Below, piece after piece: positions 50,801 through 52,978 of a stretch of 62,523 nt of DNA. The notes below the pieces were generated by a model. That model made no database searches. It was not told the DNA's origin and worked only from the letters and a program-made list of their open reading frames with translations. The DNA comes from Limisphaerales bacterium (lineage in GTDB: Bacteria > Verrucomicrobiota > Verrucomicrobiia > Limisphaerales > SIBE01). How positions within the stretch are numbered: position 1 is the first letter of the stretch; each line of letters starts with the position of its first letter. Location: NCBI GenBank assembly GCA_044225505.1, contig JBGAIN010000007.1, positions 62,001 through 124,523 of the forward strand, in the 5' to 3' direction. Made by a program: the position numbers and the translations under genes.

Positions 50801-52978
50801 CGGTAAGCCGCCGAAATCCCACGTCCAGGTCGACTCCCCGCCCAGGGTGCCTCCCTCCAACAACACATACGCCCCACCCGCAGTGTTTCGCGCACTTAGA
50901 TTCTTGTAAGTCGGCCGGGCGGCAAATCGCTGGAAGAATGGCGCTCCGTTAGCTCCATCCACAGTTACATCGGATAACAGAGGAGATCCGCCGTCGATGT
51001 AGACCCCTCGCCCACTCGACTCTTTGACCACCACATTACTTAATGTCGGCTGGTTCCCTCCACCTCGAGTGTCAATCGCCCCCTCATACCCACGGCCGGC
51101 GTAGCGCACCTCCACGTTCTCCAACACCGTCCCCTCCCCCACGTTCCACAGCAACAACGATTGCCAGTTGCCCCGCGCGGGTTGAGTCGCCGCCCCGTCG
51201 CCATTGGTGTCTCCCCCAATACTGTCATCCGCCGTGGAAGTAAAAACCACTGGCGCTTCCTTGGTCCCTTTGGCCTCCAGGATCCCTCGATTGATGTAAA
51301 AATACCCCCCCGACGATTTGATGATCGTGCCGGCGGGCAAGATCAACTTGGCTCCCCCGTTCACTTCGATGTTGTTATAATAGGCAACTGGCAAACCCCC
51401 AAAGTCCCACGTCCAAGTCGCCCCACCCCCAAGCGATCCCCCTTCCAACACCACATAAGCGCCTCCCGGCGTATTCCTCGCATTGAGGTTCTGGTAAACT
51501 GGCCGAGCGGCAAATCGCTGGAAGAAGGCGGCGTCGTTGGCCCCGTCGACCGTCACATTCGTCAACCGGGCCGTGCCATTGTCAATGTAGACTCCTCTCC
51601 CACCCGACTCTCGAACCACGACGTGGTCTAACGCTGTATTCGACGTGTCTCCCCGGATATCAATCGCCCCTTCGTAGTTACGACCGGCATACCGCACCTC
51701 CGCATTCTCCAGCACCGTCCCCTTCGCGGCATTCCAAAGCAACAACGCTTGCCAATTCCCTCGAACCGGCAACGTCTTGTCTCCATCCCCGTTCGTATCC
51801 CCACCCACACTGTCGTCGGCGTTCGACGTGAAAATAATGGGGGCTTCTTTGGTCCCCTTGGCCTCCAGGATGCCGTGGTTAATGTAGAAATATCCTCCGC
51901 CAGACTTGATGATCGTGCCCGGCGTCACCGTCAACTTGGCCCCGCCGTTCACCTCCATGTTGTTGAAATACGCCACCGGTAACCCACCAAAATCCCACGT
52001 CCAGGACGTATCCCCTGCCAACGCTCCCCCCTCCAACAACACATACGCTCCTCCCGGCGTGTTCCGCGCACTCAGGTTCTTATACACCGGCCGCGCCGCA
52101 AACCGCTGGTAAAACGCCGCATCCTTGCTCCCATCGACGCTGACATTCGTTAACTGCGGCGTGCCGTTATCAATGTAGACCCCCCTCCCGCCCGACTCTC
52201 GCACCGTCACCCCAGTCAGCGCCGCTTGCGTCCCAGGACCCCGTATATCAATCGCTCCCTCGAAGCCCCCACCCCCATACCGCACTTCCACGTTCTCCAG
52301 AATCGTTCCCGCCCCCGTGTTCCACAGCAACAACGCTTGCCAATCCCCTCGCCCTGGCTGGCTCTGCTCCCCGTCCCCATTCGTATCCCCACCCACACTG
52401 TCATCGGATGCCGAAGTAAATATAATCGGCGCCTCCGTCGTTCCCTTCGCCTCCAGGATGGCTCCGGAAATCTGCACATACCTGCCCGCAACCTTGATCA
52501 CCGTCCCGGGATCAATCGTCAGTTTTACCCCGTTGACCACGGTCACGTTCTGCGTCACGAGAATCACCCCTGACCAACGGGTGTCCGCAGAAATCGCTCC
52601 TCCCACCGTCTGCACCGTCGGGGTGCCCAGCAATCCCACTCCTCGCTCCACTCGCCCACTCTCTCCGGGCGTATCCGCGCTCTGCAATCCTTCCCGCGTC
52701 ATCGCCGCAGAATCCGGCTCCGCATTATCTTCCGTGATCCATGGAGAACTGGGAACATCTGCAAACAGGTCAGTGGAATGACTCGGAGAATACTCGAGCG
52801 TTGCGGTCGCCGTCGGAACCTCCCCGGACGCCAAGAAGGCAGCCTGCGGATCACTCGCCATCGCCGCAGAAGCAACACTTCCAGCCCCCCCTGGGTCTGC
52901 CGACAACAAGACTCTCGCTTCGAGCAATTCGAGCTCAAAGCGCTTCCGCGAACCCGAAAGCGTAGCTGGCGACCTCAA
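14879..52978 (-). CDS. Giant (12,699 aa) LEPR-XLL-type surface protein with an internal RHS/YD toxin module, HExxH protease and two dockerins
   Basis: N to C: [15 protein letters not shown] (LEPR-XLL), 196-aa beta-helix repeats, Ig-like domains, two PA14 ([11 protein letters not shown]), about 14 CARDB (xDLxV...W.D.vYLS), propeller, about 9 putative-Ig/cadherin-like repeats, short YD stretch, dockerin (about 32395-32560), YVTN-like propeller, long YD array (about 28570-20220), RHS core ([30 protein letters not shown]...DPTGL), Gly/Ala hydrophobic region, toxin-like domain, Pro repeats, HEMGH, Ig, dockerin (about 15400-15566). The frame crosses a 9-N gap. Confidence 0.88.
   Translation of the reverse strand: [12699 protein letters not shown]
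37333..37341. other. Assembly gap (9 N) inside the giant ORF
   Basis: Run of n. The flanks read as one Ig-like domain (KYDPTRR....LTPDKYEL), but the true gap length is unknown. Confidence 0.95.
49850..52560 (-). repeat. Five intragenic repeats with an exact 588-bp (196-aa) period, right-handed beta-helix type
   Basis: The DD codons of [17 protein letters not shown] fall at 52400, 51812, 51224, 50636 and 50048. Each unit has W(Q)xLLLWN and LENVEVRY. Confidence 0.9.

Noticed and set aside
49850..52560. Near-identical repeats as a diversity-generating retroelement TR/VR pair
   Set aside because: All copies are in-frame coding units, differences appear mostly synonymous rather than adenine-specific, and there is no reverse transcriptase in the window.
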